Shown here piece after piece: positions 9,834 through 20,527 of a stretch of 64,000 nucleotides of DNA. The stretch comes from Chloroflexota bacterium. GTDB taxonomy: Bacteria; Chloroflexota; UBA11872; VXNJ01. Both the position numbers and the translations under genes were made by a program. The stretch is from positions 2,272,001 through 2,336,000 of the forward strand of contig OZ253449.1 in assembly GCA_965261345.1 (NCBI GenBank), read 5' to 3'. The notes under the pieces are model-generated. The model was not told where the DNA came from and did not search any database. It saw only the letters and a list, made by a program, of their open reading frames with translations. Numbering within the stretch: the stretch's first letter is position 1; the number at the start of each line of letters is the position of its first letter.

Positions 9834-10490
9834 CTATCCGGTTCCAAACTGACGGTCGCCGGCATCGCCAAGACCGGGAAGGATGAAGCCGCGTTCGTCT
9901 AACCGATCGTCCAGGGCGGCAATGAATATCGGCACTTCGGGGTGTTCGCCGTGCAGGCGAGCCACTCCTTCGGGGGCCGCGATCAAGCCCACAAAGGTGA
10001 TGCTGGAGATTCCCTGGCGCTTCAGCAGCCGGCATGCGGCCGAGGCCGATCCGCCGGTCGCCAGCATTGGGTCCAGCAGCAGGCACATCTGCACGGCGAC
10101 AGGACCCGCCGCCGCGGCGTAGTACTCGATCGGGTCGAGCGTTTCCTCATCGCGGCGCAGGCCCAGGTGATAGACGACGGAATCGGGTAGGACCTCGGAA
10201 AGCGCCTCCGACATGCCCAGCCCGGCGCGCATCACCGGCGCCAGTCCGATCCGTCCCGGCAGGCGCCGTCCGGGGGCGATGGCCGCGGGGGCCGCAACCT
10301 CCACTGGCGTGGTGGCCAGGTCGGCGGTCGCTTCGTAGAAGATGAGGCGGGTCAGATCCCTAACCAGGGTGCGGAATCGGTGCGGCGGCGTGGCGGCGGC
10401 GCGAAGTTCGCACAGCTTGTGCTGCACAACCGGGTGGGCCGACACCCAGAGTTTGGAGTTGGATTTAGTTGGATCCATCGGTTCAGACAA
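9834..10490 (-). CDS. upp: Uracil phosphoribosyltransferase
   Basis: HPVVQHKL, RAGLGM, RDEETL, DPMLATGGS, GFILPGLGDAGDRQFGT. Confidence 0.96.
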   Translation of the reverse strand: MSEPMDPTKSNSKLWVSAHPVVQHKLCELRAAATPPHRFRTLVRDLTRLIFYEATADLATTPVEVAAPAAIAPGRRLPGRIGLAPVMRAGLGMSEALSEVLPDSVVYHLGLRRDEETLDPIEYYAAAAGPVAVQMCLLLDPMLATGGSASAACRLLKRQGISSITFVGLIAAPEGVARLHGEHPEVPIFIAALDDRLDERGFILPGLGDAGDRQFGTG

Positions 10491-10639
10491 TTTTGGGCTA
10501 AGGCTCGGCGGGCCGCCTAAATATCCATTCGTGCGTTGGCCGGCTGGCGCGGGTGTTGGTTCCTGTAGACCCTTCTAGGCATCCGATTGGTGCTGCGACC
10601 GCCAGCGCGTTTGAGCCGCTGAAAGCTCCGCGGTTATCG

Positions 10640-10940
10640 CCCGGACCTGCGCCGGCGATCTGGCCACCCCACCAGCGGGTCATGCGGCATAGCCAGCTAG
10701 AGGAGATCACGGTTGCCGATATCGGCCGCTCCCTTGGCCATGCCATGCATGTTGATAGATGCCTGGCTGGACGGCCCGCAGGACAGCGGCATTTCTCAAA
10801 GTTGCCCCATGCATGACCGGTTGCGGTTGTCGTGACCAGGATCTTCCACCACGCAGGCGGTGGAGAGGTTGAGGATGGCGCCGCCGCTGCGGTCATTGAA
10901 GTACCCGGCGGAGATGTCGCCCGGTCCCGATTGCTTCGGC
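10640..10940 (-). pseudogene. Possible SDR remnant
   Basis: Minus-strand frame reads ...FNDRSGGAILNLST... with stops, resembling the SDR GGxIVNISS segment. Confidence 0.3.
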
Positions 10941-11385
10941 GATGCAGGGGCGGTGTCCATCGACCTGATCGCCGGGATCGATCGGGCCGTTAGCCTGCGC
11001 TTGCCCAGGTTCCGTGCGCGCCGCTCGCGCTTGGTTTATGCGGCCAATTTCAGCAATTTGCCCACGGCCATTGGTCCAACTTCCATCACTCGAGCATGCG
11101 CATCGCGGGGCGGCAGATCGTATTTGGGCAGCAACTATTTCGCGGCGGCGATATCCGCGAGTTCCCAAGTGGGAAAACAGAGGATAGGATGCAAACATGC
11201 TCACGTATTTGCCGTTTGCCATATTTGCCGCATGAATTCCACGTCGGTGACGCCGTCCAAATTATTGGGTTCCGCGTGAATTGGCCGTCTGTCCGATTGA
11301 ACCCGTTTGCAAAAATTCGCATCCCAGTGGCTACGAACTGTCGGTGGCTGGTTCTCGATAACTTAAAACTGCCGGGCAGGGCAGC

Positions 11386-12651
11386 TTGACCGCAAGTGGC
11401 CAAATCACCATCTACGGCATTCAATGGTGCCCAGACTGCCGCCGCTGCCGCCAATTTTTGGGCGAGCATGGCATTGGCTTTCGCTGGGTGGATCTCCTCG
11501 AGCAGGCTTCCGCCGAGCAGGAGTTCGCCCAGCTCGACATTGGTCGCCCGGTGCTGCCTACGGTGCTGCTCGCGAATGGGCGGGCGTTGCTGCGGCCGAG
11601 CAATGCCGAATTGGCCGACGCGCTCGCAATCGATACCGATCGTGAGCGGCGCTATTGGCCCCTGATCATCATCGGAGGGGGTCCAGCCGGGCTCGTCGCG
11701 GCGACATTTGCCGCCCGCGATGGTTTCGACACGCTGGTAATTGAGCGTGAACAGGTGGGAGGCAACGCCAATCTCTCCGGCGAAGTTGAGAACATGCCCG
11801 GTTTCCCGACGGCGATAAGCGGATTTGAGCTAAGTGACCGCTTGCGCGCCCAGGCCCGTAAAGCCAACGTCGAGATGATCCAGGCCGCCAACGTTGTTCG
11901 AATCGACAGCCTGGGGCCGTACCACACGGTGGTAACCGAGGACGGTGAAGAATACAGCTGCTTTGCCTTAATCATTGCGACCGGCAGCACATATCGTCGC
12001 CTGCAGATCCCCGGTGAGTCCAAATTGAATGGTTCCGGTGTCTACTACTGTGCGGCCACCGACGCGTATTTCTATACCGGAGAACACGTGGCCGTAGTTG
12101 GCGGCGGCAATTCGGCCGCCGAAGCGGCGCTGGCACTAGCTAGCTATGCCGGGAAGGTCTCGATGCTCGTGCGCGGTGAAAACCTCACTGCCAACGCCAT
12201 CATCGCCGAACGGCTATTGGAAATCGCCAATATTGAAGTTATCTACGGAGTTGATCTGCACGAATTTCGCGGCGACGGCCAACTCGAAGCGGTTCGTGTG
12301 CGCGACATGCAGACCGATCAACTGCGCGATATTGCGGTCCGCGCGGCCTTCGTGTTTATCGGGATGCGACCAAATTCCGAATTCCTGCGCGAGGGTCGGG
12401 TTGAACTGGACCGACGGGGCTTTATCTGCACCGGCAGCGACGTATCCAGCCGCGGCGACCTGGGTGCGGACCCCGACGAATTGGCCGATTTTGCGACGGC
12501 CGTGGCACCTGGGATATTCGAGTCTTCGGTTCTGGGAATATTTGCCGCAGGCGACATACGAAAAAACAGCTCAAAATTCGTTGCCACCGCCACCGGCGAG
12601 GGTGCCGCAGTGGCGATGTTGGCCAGCCAATACCTGCGCAACATGGCCTAG
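11386..12651 (+). CDS. Glutaredoxin-domain/thioredoxin reductase-like fusion flavoprotein
   Basis: N-terminal WCPDC Grx domain; GGGPAG, ATG, GGGNSA and FAAGD motifs; the reductase redox motif reads CAAT. Confidence 0.88.
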   Translation: MTASGQITIYGIQWCPDCRRCRQFLGEHGIGFRWVDLLEQASAEQEFAQLDIGRPVLPTVLLANGRALLRPSNAELADALAIDTDRERRYWPLIIIGGGPAGLVAATFAARDGFDTLVIEREQVGGNANLSGEVENMPGFPTAISGFELSDRLRAQARKANVEMIQAANVVRIDSLGPYHTVVTEDGEEYSCFALIIATGSTYRRLQIPGESKLNGSGVYYCAATDAYFYTGEHVAVVGGGNSAAEAALALASYAGKVSMLVRGENLTANAIIAERLLEIANIEVIYGVDLHEFRGDGQLEAVRVRDMQTDQLRDIAVRAAFVFIGMRPNSEFLREGRVELDRRGFICTGSDVSSRGDLGADPDELADFATAVAPGIFESSVLGIFAAGDIRKNSSKFVATATGEGAAVAMLASQYLRNMA

Positions 12652-12980
12652 CGATTTATCGCTCAGGCGGAATCGATCTTGGCAAATCGGATTGCCGTAA
12701 TCGCTAGGGATCGGGATTCTGCGCGCGTATTGAACCTGGCCTGCCTGCGTCCATGCACGGCCTGACGCCGCCTGCTCCGCCGATCGGGAATGGCCGTCCC
12801 GGACCCCGGCGCAATGGGCCCGGATGCGACCGACGCAAGGCTCGGCCGAGTTGACGGATACCAGGTAAATTCCTCGGCCAATAACGGGATCCGTCCGGTA
12901 AAGGGTTTACCGGATCCGCGGGGTGGCTTTTGCCTGGCTTTACCGGCCAACAATCCGACCCCGATGCGACTAGGCGGCCG

Positions 12981-13874
12981 CTACGCGGGGCCGCTGAGAA
13001 TGGCGTCGGTCATTACCGCCAGGAACAACAATGCCAGGTAGGCCAGCGAATACAGGTAGAGCGGCCTTGCCTCCTTGGCATCTTCTGTCCGCTTCAATCT
13101 CACCGCCCGATAGATGAACACCGCCCCAAGTACCAGGGCCGAGACCAGGTACATAAATCCGACCGCGCCGGTTGCAAAGAACATTACGGTCAACGCAACC
13201 AGCAAGATCGTATGTAGCAGGATCTGTAACTTCGTTTGCCCAAGGTCGGTTACGACTGGCAACATCGGCACCCCGGCGCGAGCATAATCCTCTTTGATCA
13301 AGAGCGCCAAGGCCCAAAAATGCGGTGGCGTCCAAAAGAAGATGATTGCGAACAGGTAGGCCGCCGGAAGATCAATCGACCCGGTAATGGCAGCCCACCC
13401 GACCATCGGTGGGATGGCGCCGACAGCTCCGCCGATGACGATGTTGTGGGGCGTCGAACGCTTGAGGCCGAGGGTGTAAATGAATATGTAGATCAAGGTC
13501 CCGCTCAATGCAAGCACGGCGCTGAGTACATTTGCAAGCGAACCCAATAGCGTGAACGCCGCGACGTTGAGCGCGATTCCAAATATCAAAGCGTGCCGCC
13601 TTGAAATTCGGCCGCTGGCAACCGGTCGACGGCTAGTGCGTCGCATCTTTTGGTCGAGATCACCTTCAGCGCCGTGATTTAGGGCATTTGCCCCGCCGGC
13701 GGCCAGATACCCACGGACGAGAACGAGTCCTGCAATCGCCGGGTCGGGCCAACCCTTCGCGGCAAGGACCATCCCGCCGACAGCGGTTAGGAGGAGGAGG
13801 AATATGATCCGAGGCTTTGTCAGCGCGACGTAATCGCGCAGCAGTGAAGACAGCTCGAACCCCGGAGTCGTCAT
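12981..13874 (-). CDS. ctaB: Protoheme IX farnesyltransferase (heme O synthase)
   Basis: YVALTKPRII, DLDQKMRRTSRRP, YTLGLKR, FFWTPPHFWALA, DYARAGVPMLP; start taken at ATG 13874. Confidence 0.95.
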   Translation of the reverse strand: MTTPGFELSSLLRDYVALTKPRIIFLLLLTAVGGMVLAAKGWPDPAIAGLVLVRGYLAAGGANALNHGAEGDLDQKMRRTSRRPVASGRISRRHALIFGIALNVAAFTLLGSLANVLSAVLALSGTLIYIFIYTLGLKRSTPHNIVIGGAVGAIPPMVGWAAITGSIDLPAAYLFAIIFFWTPPHFWALALLIKEDYARAGVPMLPVVTDLGQTKLQILLHTILLVALTVMFFATGAVGFMYLVSALVLGAVFIYRAVRLKRTEDAKEARPLYLYSLAYLALLFLAVMTDAILSGPA

Positions 13875-13878
13875 ATGA

Positions 13879-14826
13879 CTAATCCCCCTCCATGCCCGCA
13901 TTGGAGGTGAAGCGACCCGGAGCCAAACCGGCTGTGGTCATTAGCACGGCAGCGGCCCAAACCAAAGTCGCCGAAGTTAAGTGCAACGACCGTGTTAGGA
14001 CTGAAAAATCAAGCCAGACGGTCAACGCGCCCACCAGCACCGCGGCCACCAGCAGTCCGCTGGTCAGGATCGCGAACCAGCGCAATTTGGCAATGTCCGC
14101 ACCCCGCCGCCAAGCCTGCGTGCAGGATTGGACGACCAACACGGCCACTATCACCGTCATCCCTCGATGCCCCATATTTACGACAAAAGCGGTTCCGTCT
14201 GGGATCCTGAAACCTTGACACATCGGCCAACTTGGGCAGCTTGCTCCGTAATTGGCGCCGACCATGTACGAACCGTAAAGAATGAGTCCGAGCAAGCCAC
14301 CGAGAGTGGCGAAGGCGAGCGGCCGTGCATACCGCTGGGCAGGGCTTTCCACGTTGGCCGAAAAATCGCTTGCATAACCTGGGTCGCCCGCCAGCCAGGC
14401 TACGGCGATGGCGGCAACCACCAATTCAGCCAGACCCAAATGGATTAAGCGGACCCACCACGCAAGTTCGCTCAGGACGGTTAACCCTCCGAGGATGGCG
14501 GCAGCGATCACTAGCAGGGTTGCGACGGCGGTGGCGATGCGCGCGGTTTTTGAGCTTTGTAACGACCGCCAGGCCAGTAACGTTGCCGCCAACACCAGCG
14601 CCCCCAGCACCGTCGCCGAAAGGCGGTGCGAATATTCGAGCAGCGTGTGGTAGTCAAGTGGGGGGATAAGTTGACCGTGGCAGAGCGGCCAATCCGGGCA
14701 AGCATCGCCGGAACCGGTAACGCGGACGACCCCTCCGAGCGTTACCTGAGCAACCGCCGCCAGCAAGGCCACTAGGGTCACTAACCGATATGGCTCCCGG
14801 ACGTGGGTTCCGCTGCGGGCGTTCAA
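13879..14826 (-). CDS. ctaA: Heme A synthase (COX15/CtaA)
   Basis: GGVVRVTGSGDACPDWPLCHG, EYSHR, second CPSWPMC and HR; adjacent to ctaB. Confidence 0.9.
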   Translation of the reverse strand: MNARSGTHVREPYRLVTLVALLAAVAQVTLGGVVRVTGSGDACPDWPLCHGQLIPPLDYHTLLEYSHRLSATVLGALVLAATLLAWRSLQSSKTARIATAVATLLVIAAAILGGLTVLSELAWWVRLIHLGLAELVVAAIAVAWLAGDPGYASDFSANVESPAQRYARPLAFATLGGLLGLILYGSYMVGANYGASCPSWPMCQGFRIPDGTAFVVNMGHRGMTVIVAVLVVQSCTQAWRRGADIAKLRWFAILTSGLLVAAVLVGALTVWLDFSVLTRSLHLTSATLVWAAAVLMTTAGLAPGRFTSNAGMEGD

Positions 14827-15215
14827 CTAAGTTCCGGCCCCTTTTAGAGAGCTGCACGGGTGTCTTTGGGCCAGACTCCGAACAGGGAGTTGTGAGCGCG
14901 GCCGATGGGGGCCGAAAGCAAGCCGCAACATCCTATTCTTAGCGTCTGTTTGGTCCAGCAAACAACCGTTTCCGCCGCCCCGGGCGGGATTGTCCGTGGC
15001 CTGGGTACCAGGCGATGCGAACAACCCCGGCACCAGCCTAGCCACACGCTACGGAGTTTGTGGCTGGGCGCACCTTGCTAAGCGGTGCGCCGTCAGCCGG
15101 ATCCTTCCAATGTGATCTCGGTTCGAATTCCTCTAGCCGGGCCGGCCCAACGCCTTGGCGTCGAAAAGCGCTAACGCTCAAACATTCAAAGCTAACGGGG
15201 ACGAACGGTTTGGCG

Positions 15216-15666
15216 GATCAATCGGCGCCGCCCAACGATGTTTGCTTGCTTGCCCTAAACCCGCAAATCCCGGCTGCGAGACACTTCAAATGGGTCCCCT
15301 GCAACGGTGAGATCACGTCCCACCAATTGGTGTAACTCTGCCAGCTTATTTCAAATAAGCAATCACGAATAAGGGCCATCGCAATCCTCTACGAGATGAA
15401 CTTCACTTCTCTCTTCGAGGTACCACAACGATGGCCCAGATCGATTATCAGTCCCTGCTTCAAATTCGCGATGAGGGGCTAGACACCGGCGAATTCATCC
15501 GCAACGTCATCGAGCACTCCTATCAGCAGCTAATTGACGCCGGTCTGGTCGAACATATCGGCGCCGGACCGATCAATCGGCGCCGCCCAACGATGTTTGC
15601 TTGCTTGCCCTAAACCCGCAAATCCCGGCTGCGAGACACTTCAAATGGAGTCCCCTGCAACGGTGA
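15216..15666 (+). repeat. ~95-bp direct repeat (15216-15310 and 15571-15666) flanking an IS256 stub
   Basis: GATCAATCGGCGCCGCCCAACG...CCCCTGCAACGGTGA occurs twice, differing by one inserted A. Confidence 0.95.
15311..15570 (+). mobile_element. IS256-family left-end stub (related to, but distinct from, the 18776 and 41372 element)
   Basis: IRL GATCACGTCCCACCAATTGGTGTAA; ORF MAQIDYQSLL...YQQLIDAGLVEHIGA matches the transposase N-terminus MAQLDYQTLL...YQELIDAGLAENIGA. Confidence 0.88.
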
Positions 15667-15804
15667 CTTTGCGATCCAAAATCGACGCCCTAGCCTTCAA
15701 TCAACGTCGCTGCACCAGTGGTGGTTGGATCAGGAAGATTCTTCGCCGCGGTACGACACCGATCCGAAGGGGTCCATCGACCAGCGGACGATTTGGCGCC
15801 CGGA

Positions 15805-16815
15805 TCAGGTCAAGCCAGGCGGTTGATGCTGTTCTGGCCGAAGCGGCTTGCGGCCAGGTTTCCCCAATTCGCGTCCGTTCCAACCTTCCCAGAGGCGCAT
15901 GATTTCCGTGTTGTCGGCTTGAGCCCCCAACAACTGCACTGCTTGCAGCCAAAGGTCGTGACAGCCCTCTAGCAGCGGCGCTTTCAATTCCAACGTTTCC
16001 GCCATCCCCGCGGCAATACCGACATCCTCCGCCATCCCCGCGGCAATACCGACATCCTTTGCCATCAAGCCCAAGGTGAATCCGGAGTTGAATTTGCGCG
16101 AGTAGATTTCCTGCGCAGCCTTGTCCTCGGTTGCCCTATTTCGACCGGAGGATGCGTTCAGAACATTGATCATTTGCGCTGGGTCCAACCCCATGCTCTC
16201 ACCTAACAACAGGGCTTCACATGCCGCTGCCAATCCCGCGGCCGAGACGTAGTTATTTAACGCCTTCATTGCGTGGCCATTGCCGGGCCCTCCCACTTCG
16301 CATACGTTGCAACCCAACTTTTCCAAAATCGGACGGCAGCGAGCGATCTGCCGCGATTCGCCGCCGACCATAATCGTCAGCGAACCCGAGCGCGCGCGAG
16401 CGACACCGCCAGAAACGGGTGCATCCACCATGGCAACGCCTTGGTGGCGCAGAACTTCGGCTAGCTCACGTGTACCCACCGGTTCTGAGCTGCTCATGTC
16501 GATGAGCACGCTTCCGCGCCCAAACCCTGCGACCAGTCCCGGGTCGCCCGCATTTCCAAGTGCGACCTCACGCACGCTGCTGCCGGTGGGCAACATCGTA
16601 ATCACTGCGTCGCTGGCGTCTGCCAGCGCCAACCGGTCAGTTGCAACCTGGACACCATGTTGTGACGCAAACGATTCGGCTACGTCCGTACGAGCGTCCA
16701 TTACGGTTAGGCGGTAGCAGCGCGCCAGCTGTCGCGCCATCGGCCACCCCATATTCCCCAGGCCCACAAAACCGATCCTGGATATCGAGCTCGTTGCTCC
16801 CTCGGTCACCGCCAT
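15805..16815 (-). CDS. NAD(P)-dependent beta-hydroxyacid dehydrogenase (3-hydroxyisobutyrate dehydrogenase family)
   Basis: IGFVGLGNMGWPMA, DAPVSGG, KALNN, FTLGLMAKD; start uncertain; internal 10-aa duplication. Confidence 0.85.
   Translation of the reverse strand: MAVTEGATSSISRIGFVGLGNMGWPMARQLARCYRLTVMDARTDVAESFASQHGVQVATDRLALADASDAVITMLPTGSSVREVALGNAGDPGLVAGFGRGSVLIDMSSSEPVGTRELAEVLRHQGVAMVDAPVSGGVARARSGSLTIMVGGESRQIARCRPILEKLGCNVCEVGGPGNGHAMKALNNYVSAAGLAAACEALLLGESMGLDPAQMINVLNASSGRNRATEDKAAQEIYSRKFNSGFTLGLMAKDVGIAAGMAEDVGIAAGMAETLELKAPLLEGCHDLWLQAVQLLGAQADNTEIMRLWEGWNGRELGKPGRKPLRPEQHQPPGLT
15998..16057. repeat. Perfect 30-bp tandem duplication within the dehydrogenase gene
   Basis: TCCGCCATCCCCGCGGCAATACCGACATCC x2, encoding DVGIAAGMAE twice. 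Confidence 0.95.
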
Positions 16816-17248
16816 CACCTCCGCGTGCACATCATCTCCCATGCGTATACCGTCGAGCGCCGCGAGCACGACCCATCAGGCGTTCGCCCGCCGTGTCGCC
16901 GCGTCAACTCCCACGCTGGCCATACTCATTTTCGGACGCCGTTCACACGCCGCCGCTGACGTTGCCAGCTGCCAGCCTGGACCACACCCTGCGTTGCAGC
17001 CGCGTGCTTGGGCTCTTCGGATTCAAGATCGGGTAGCGGGAGAGGCGGCGGGCCGGGGTCTAACTGCCGCCCGCAGATTGATGCAGCCGTCATCGGAGCA
17101 AAGTCAGGGACAAAATGAAAAACCCGGGTGGGTTAATTGCAACCCGGTGAATTTGGGTAAGGAGCAACGCGGCGAGCCGATGACCGGCATTCCGGACAAC
17201 GGAGCCGGTCGGTGGCGCCGGCGCTCCTCCCGTGAAGGGAGATTGGAA

Positions 17249-18040
17249 GTGGCTCGACTTGAAGGCAAAGTCGCCGTGATCACCGGCGCTACCGGGGGCA
17301 TCGGGCGGGTTGCGGCGAAGCTGTTCGCCGACCAGGGTGCGAACCTGGCGCTGGTTGACCTTGACGAAGCAGCGCTCCGGGAGGCGGTGCAGGCGATTGG
17401 CAATGAACGCGCCAGCTACACCGTGGCCGATGTAACCCAACCCGAACAAACTAAGGCATATGTCAATGCAGCCGTTGACCGCTGGGGAGGGATTAATGTG
17501 CTGCTGGCCAACGCCGGGATAGAAGGGTCGATATCGTCAATACCGGACTATCCCCTGGAGGTCTTCGACCGCGTAATGGCGGTCAACGTGCGTGGTGTAT
17601 GGCTGGGAATCAAATACGTTGTCCCGGTAATGAGCCGACAGGGAGGCGGCAGCATCGTGATCTCTTCATCCACTTCCGGTGTAACTGGAACTCCGGGCAT
17701 GTCGGCCTACGCCACCAGCAAGCACGCGGTCATCGGTTTGGCGCGCACTGCCGCAATAGAGGGTGCACCCGTCGGTGTCCGGGTCAACACCGTCAATCCA
17801 GCGCCAATCGAAACCCGAATGATGCGTTCGATTGAGGAGATGCGGGTAACCAGCCCGGGCGATTCGCCCGAAACCGCAACGCAGGTCAAACGGTCGAATG
17901 CGGCTCGCATTCCGCTGGGTCGGTATGGATATCCCGAAGAGGTGGCGCAGGTGATGCTGTTTCTTGCCAGCGACGAGAGTAGCTTTTGCACCGGCGGCGT
18001 CTACATGGTCGATGGGGGCACGTCTGCCGGCAGGTATTAG
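17249..18040 (+). CDS. Short-chain dehydrogenase/reductase (levodione reductase-like)
   Basis: TGATGGIG, NAGIEG, YATSK, IPLGRYG; GTG start after GGGAG. Confidence 0.9.
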   Translation: MARLEGKVAVITGATGGIGRVAAKLFADQGANLALVDLDEAALREAVQAIGNERASYTVADVTQPEQTKAYVNAAVDRWGGINVLLANAGIEGSISSIPDYPLEVFDRVMAVNVRGVWLGIKYVVPVMSRQGGGSIVISSSTSGVTGTPGMSAYATSKHAVIGLARTAAIEGAPVGVRVNTVNPAPIETRMMRSIEEMRVTSPGDSPETATQVKRSNAARIPLGRYGYPEEVAQVMLFLASDESSFCTGGVYMVDGGTSAGRY

Positions 18041-18775
18041 CCAAACACCTTCGGCCCCGGGGCCGGGAATCGATCCTCAGGCCAACGCGGGCCAAATATT
18101 CAAATTGGCAGGCCAGGGGTCAGGCGACCGGCGCTGCCGCATAGGTCAGTGGTAGCCTCGGACCATGCTGGAGAAAATCGCCGACGGACGAACCGACTTA
18201 GTGTTCGATTTCGTAAAAGCAGGCTGCCCAGCTACTTCAATCGATCGGCGCGGAATCTCGTTGATCGAATGGTGCGCTTATTACGGTGACGTGAGTGCGA
18301 TCAGGTTCCTTCTTGCCAATGGCGAATCTCTGGGAACTCTGGGTGAGAACTTTGATCTAAATGGCGCCGCGTTCCATGGTTATTGGCGGCTTTGCCAGTT
18401 TCTTATAGAGCAGGGCGCGGACGTGAACCATTCATTGCCCGATACGGAAGAAACGCCCCTGCATGCGGCGCTTTGTAAGCCCAACATGCCAGTCTTTGAC
18501 CTGGTGGTAGAGGTATTGCTGGCCCATGGTGCCAACCCCAATTCGGTAACGAAGGAATCTGCCGAAAGCGGCAGTTTCATGCGCGATTGCCGAACAAAAA
18601 GGGAAACGCCTTTGCATCGAGCCGCCGCGTTCGGCAGCCAGAAGGCGATTCAACTCTTGCTCAACGCCGGCGCAGCCATTGCTGCCAAAGACATGAACGG
18701 AGACTCGCCGCTCTCATGGGCGAGCTGGCATCATCGGCCGGTCCCTGTCCTTGCGATGCTGTGCTATCGAGGCCA

Positions 18776-20527
18776 GATCACGTCCCCTGGAGTGGTGTAA
18801 GAGCACCCGCTTGATCAACTAAGCCAACGCGATGACAAAGGGCCATCGTGTAAACCTCTACGGAGTCACTTCACTTACTTCGTCGAGGAACCATCGATGG
18901 CCCAACTTGATTATCAGACCTTGCTTGCCCTTATCGCCAAGCAAGGGTTTGACAGCAGCGAATTCGTCCGCAGCGCCGTACGGCACGCCTACCAGGAACT
19001 TATTGACGCCGGCCTGGCCGAAAACATCGGCGCCAAACCGCACGAGCGCAACGGCGAGCGTCGCAATCGGCTTTGATGGCTCGCGCAAGCGCACCCTCTC
19101 CACCCGGGCGGGCGACATCGAGATTGCCCTGCCCAAGCTGCGCCAAGGCAGCTACTACCCCGAGTTCTTGGAGCGGCGGCGCCGCATCGACCAGGCCCTC
19201 TACGGCGTCATCATGACCGCCTACAGCAAGGGCGTCTCCACCCGCAAGGTCGACAAGCTGGTGGAGGCGATGGGAGTAAACGCCGGGATCTCCAGGTCCG
19301 AGGTGTCAAGGATCTGCAAAGGCATCGACGAGCTGGTCAATGCCTTCCGCGAACGCGATCTCTCGCATACGACCTTCCCGTACCTCTATCTCGACGCCAC
19401 CTACGTAAAAGCCCGAAACGCGCATGCGGTAAGGTCGCGGGCGGTGGGCATAGCAATGGCCATAAACGAGAACGGCCATCGCGAGCTGCTGGGGCTTGCA
19501 ATCGGCCACAGCGAAGCGCAGGGCTTCTGGGAGGACTTGATCGCCTCCCTGGTAACGCGCGGTCTATCCGGCGTGCGGCTGGTGATCTCCGATGGGAACC
19601 AAGCCATCGGCAACGCGGTGACAAAGCTTATTCCCGAGGCCGCCTGGCAGACGTGCAGGACACACTTTGGGCGCAATCTTCTGCCAAGGGTCAGAAGCGG
19701 CGACCGCGGGCTGGTGGCAGCCGGACTGGCGTCGCTGTTTGGGCAGGCTGACAAGCAGAGCGCCATGGACGCCTTCGGAGATTTCGCCGATCGCTTAGAG
19801 CGCAAGTATCCGGAACTGTCCACGATCCTCGAGGACTCCGAGATCGCCCTGACTGCCTACACCGCCTTCCCGCCTTCGCACTGGCGCAAGATCTGGTCCA
19901 CCAATCCCCTAGAGCGCGTTATGGGCGAGCTAAAGCGCCGCACCCGGGTAGTACAGCTCTTCCCCGACGATGACTCGGTCCTGCGCCTTATCGGAGCGGT
20001 CCTAATTGAGCAGAACGACGAATGGCTCGCATCCGAGCGCCGCTATATGTCCAGGCACTCGATGGCCTTAATCGGCCAACCCCCATCTCCGGGAGAGAGG
20101 CAGTCCCCGCTGGCATTGCCGGCGGGGTAGCAACCGCCGCCGGGGGCCGTAGCGCCCTCCAGGGAAATGGAAGGTCGTGCGCCCGGCTTGGCGCTAGCTG
20201 GGCCTAAATAAGGATCACTAGCGTCGAATTGGGCCGACTTTCCCAACAAACCCGGCCCGGTGAGCCCGAATGCGAGCCGTTACGGGCCGGGGCCGGCCTT
20301 CGGACCCATGGAAGCCCATATGACCACGACCGCGCCATGGTCGCAACTGGCAAAATGATGGACGCCTTACCGGCAGTCGCCGTCACAGCCAAGGACTCGA
20401 AACTCCCCCAGCAAGCCCCAGCAACCATCTGCCGGCCCTGCCGGCAGCTGCAACTCTGTAGAGTTGCAGCTGCCGAACCCCTAAACGTAGAGGACGGCTT
20501 AGTTACACCACACCGTGGGACACGTCC
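18776..20527 (+). mobile_element. IS256-family element, copy 1 (1752 bp)
   Basis: Imperfect 25-bp IRs (GATCACGTCCCCTGGAGTGGTGTAA / TTACACCACACCGTGGGACACGTCC); 8-bp TSD CGAGGCCA at 18768-18775 and 20528-20535. Confidence 0.97.
18897..20130 (+). CDS. IS256 (Mutator-type DDE) transposase, split by a +1 frameshift at 19071-19076
   Basis: N-terminal 59 codons end at CTT TGA; the +1 frame carries YLYLDA, ISDG, WQTCRTHF and STNPLER. Confidence 0.88.

Noticed and set aside
18832-18896. Transposase start at 18832 / 41428 as given by the ORF track
   Set aside because: That N-terminus is not transposase-like; the homologous start is ATG 18897 / 41493 in another frame, confirmed by the 15431 stub.
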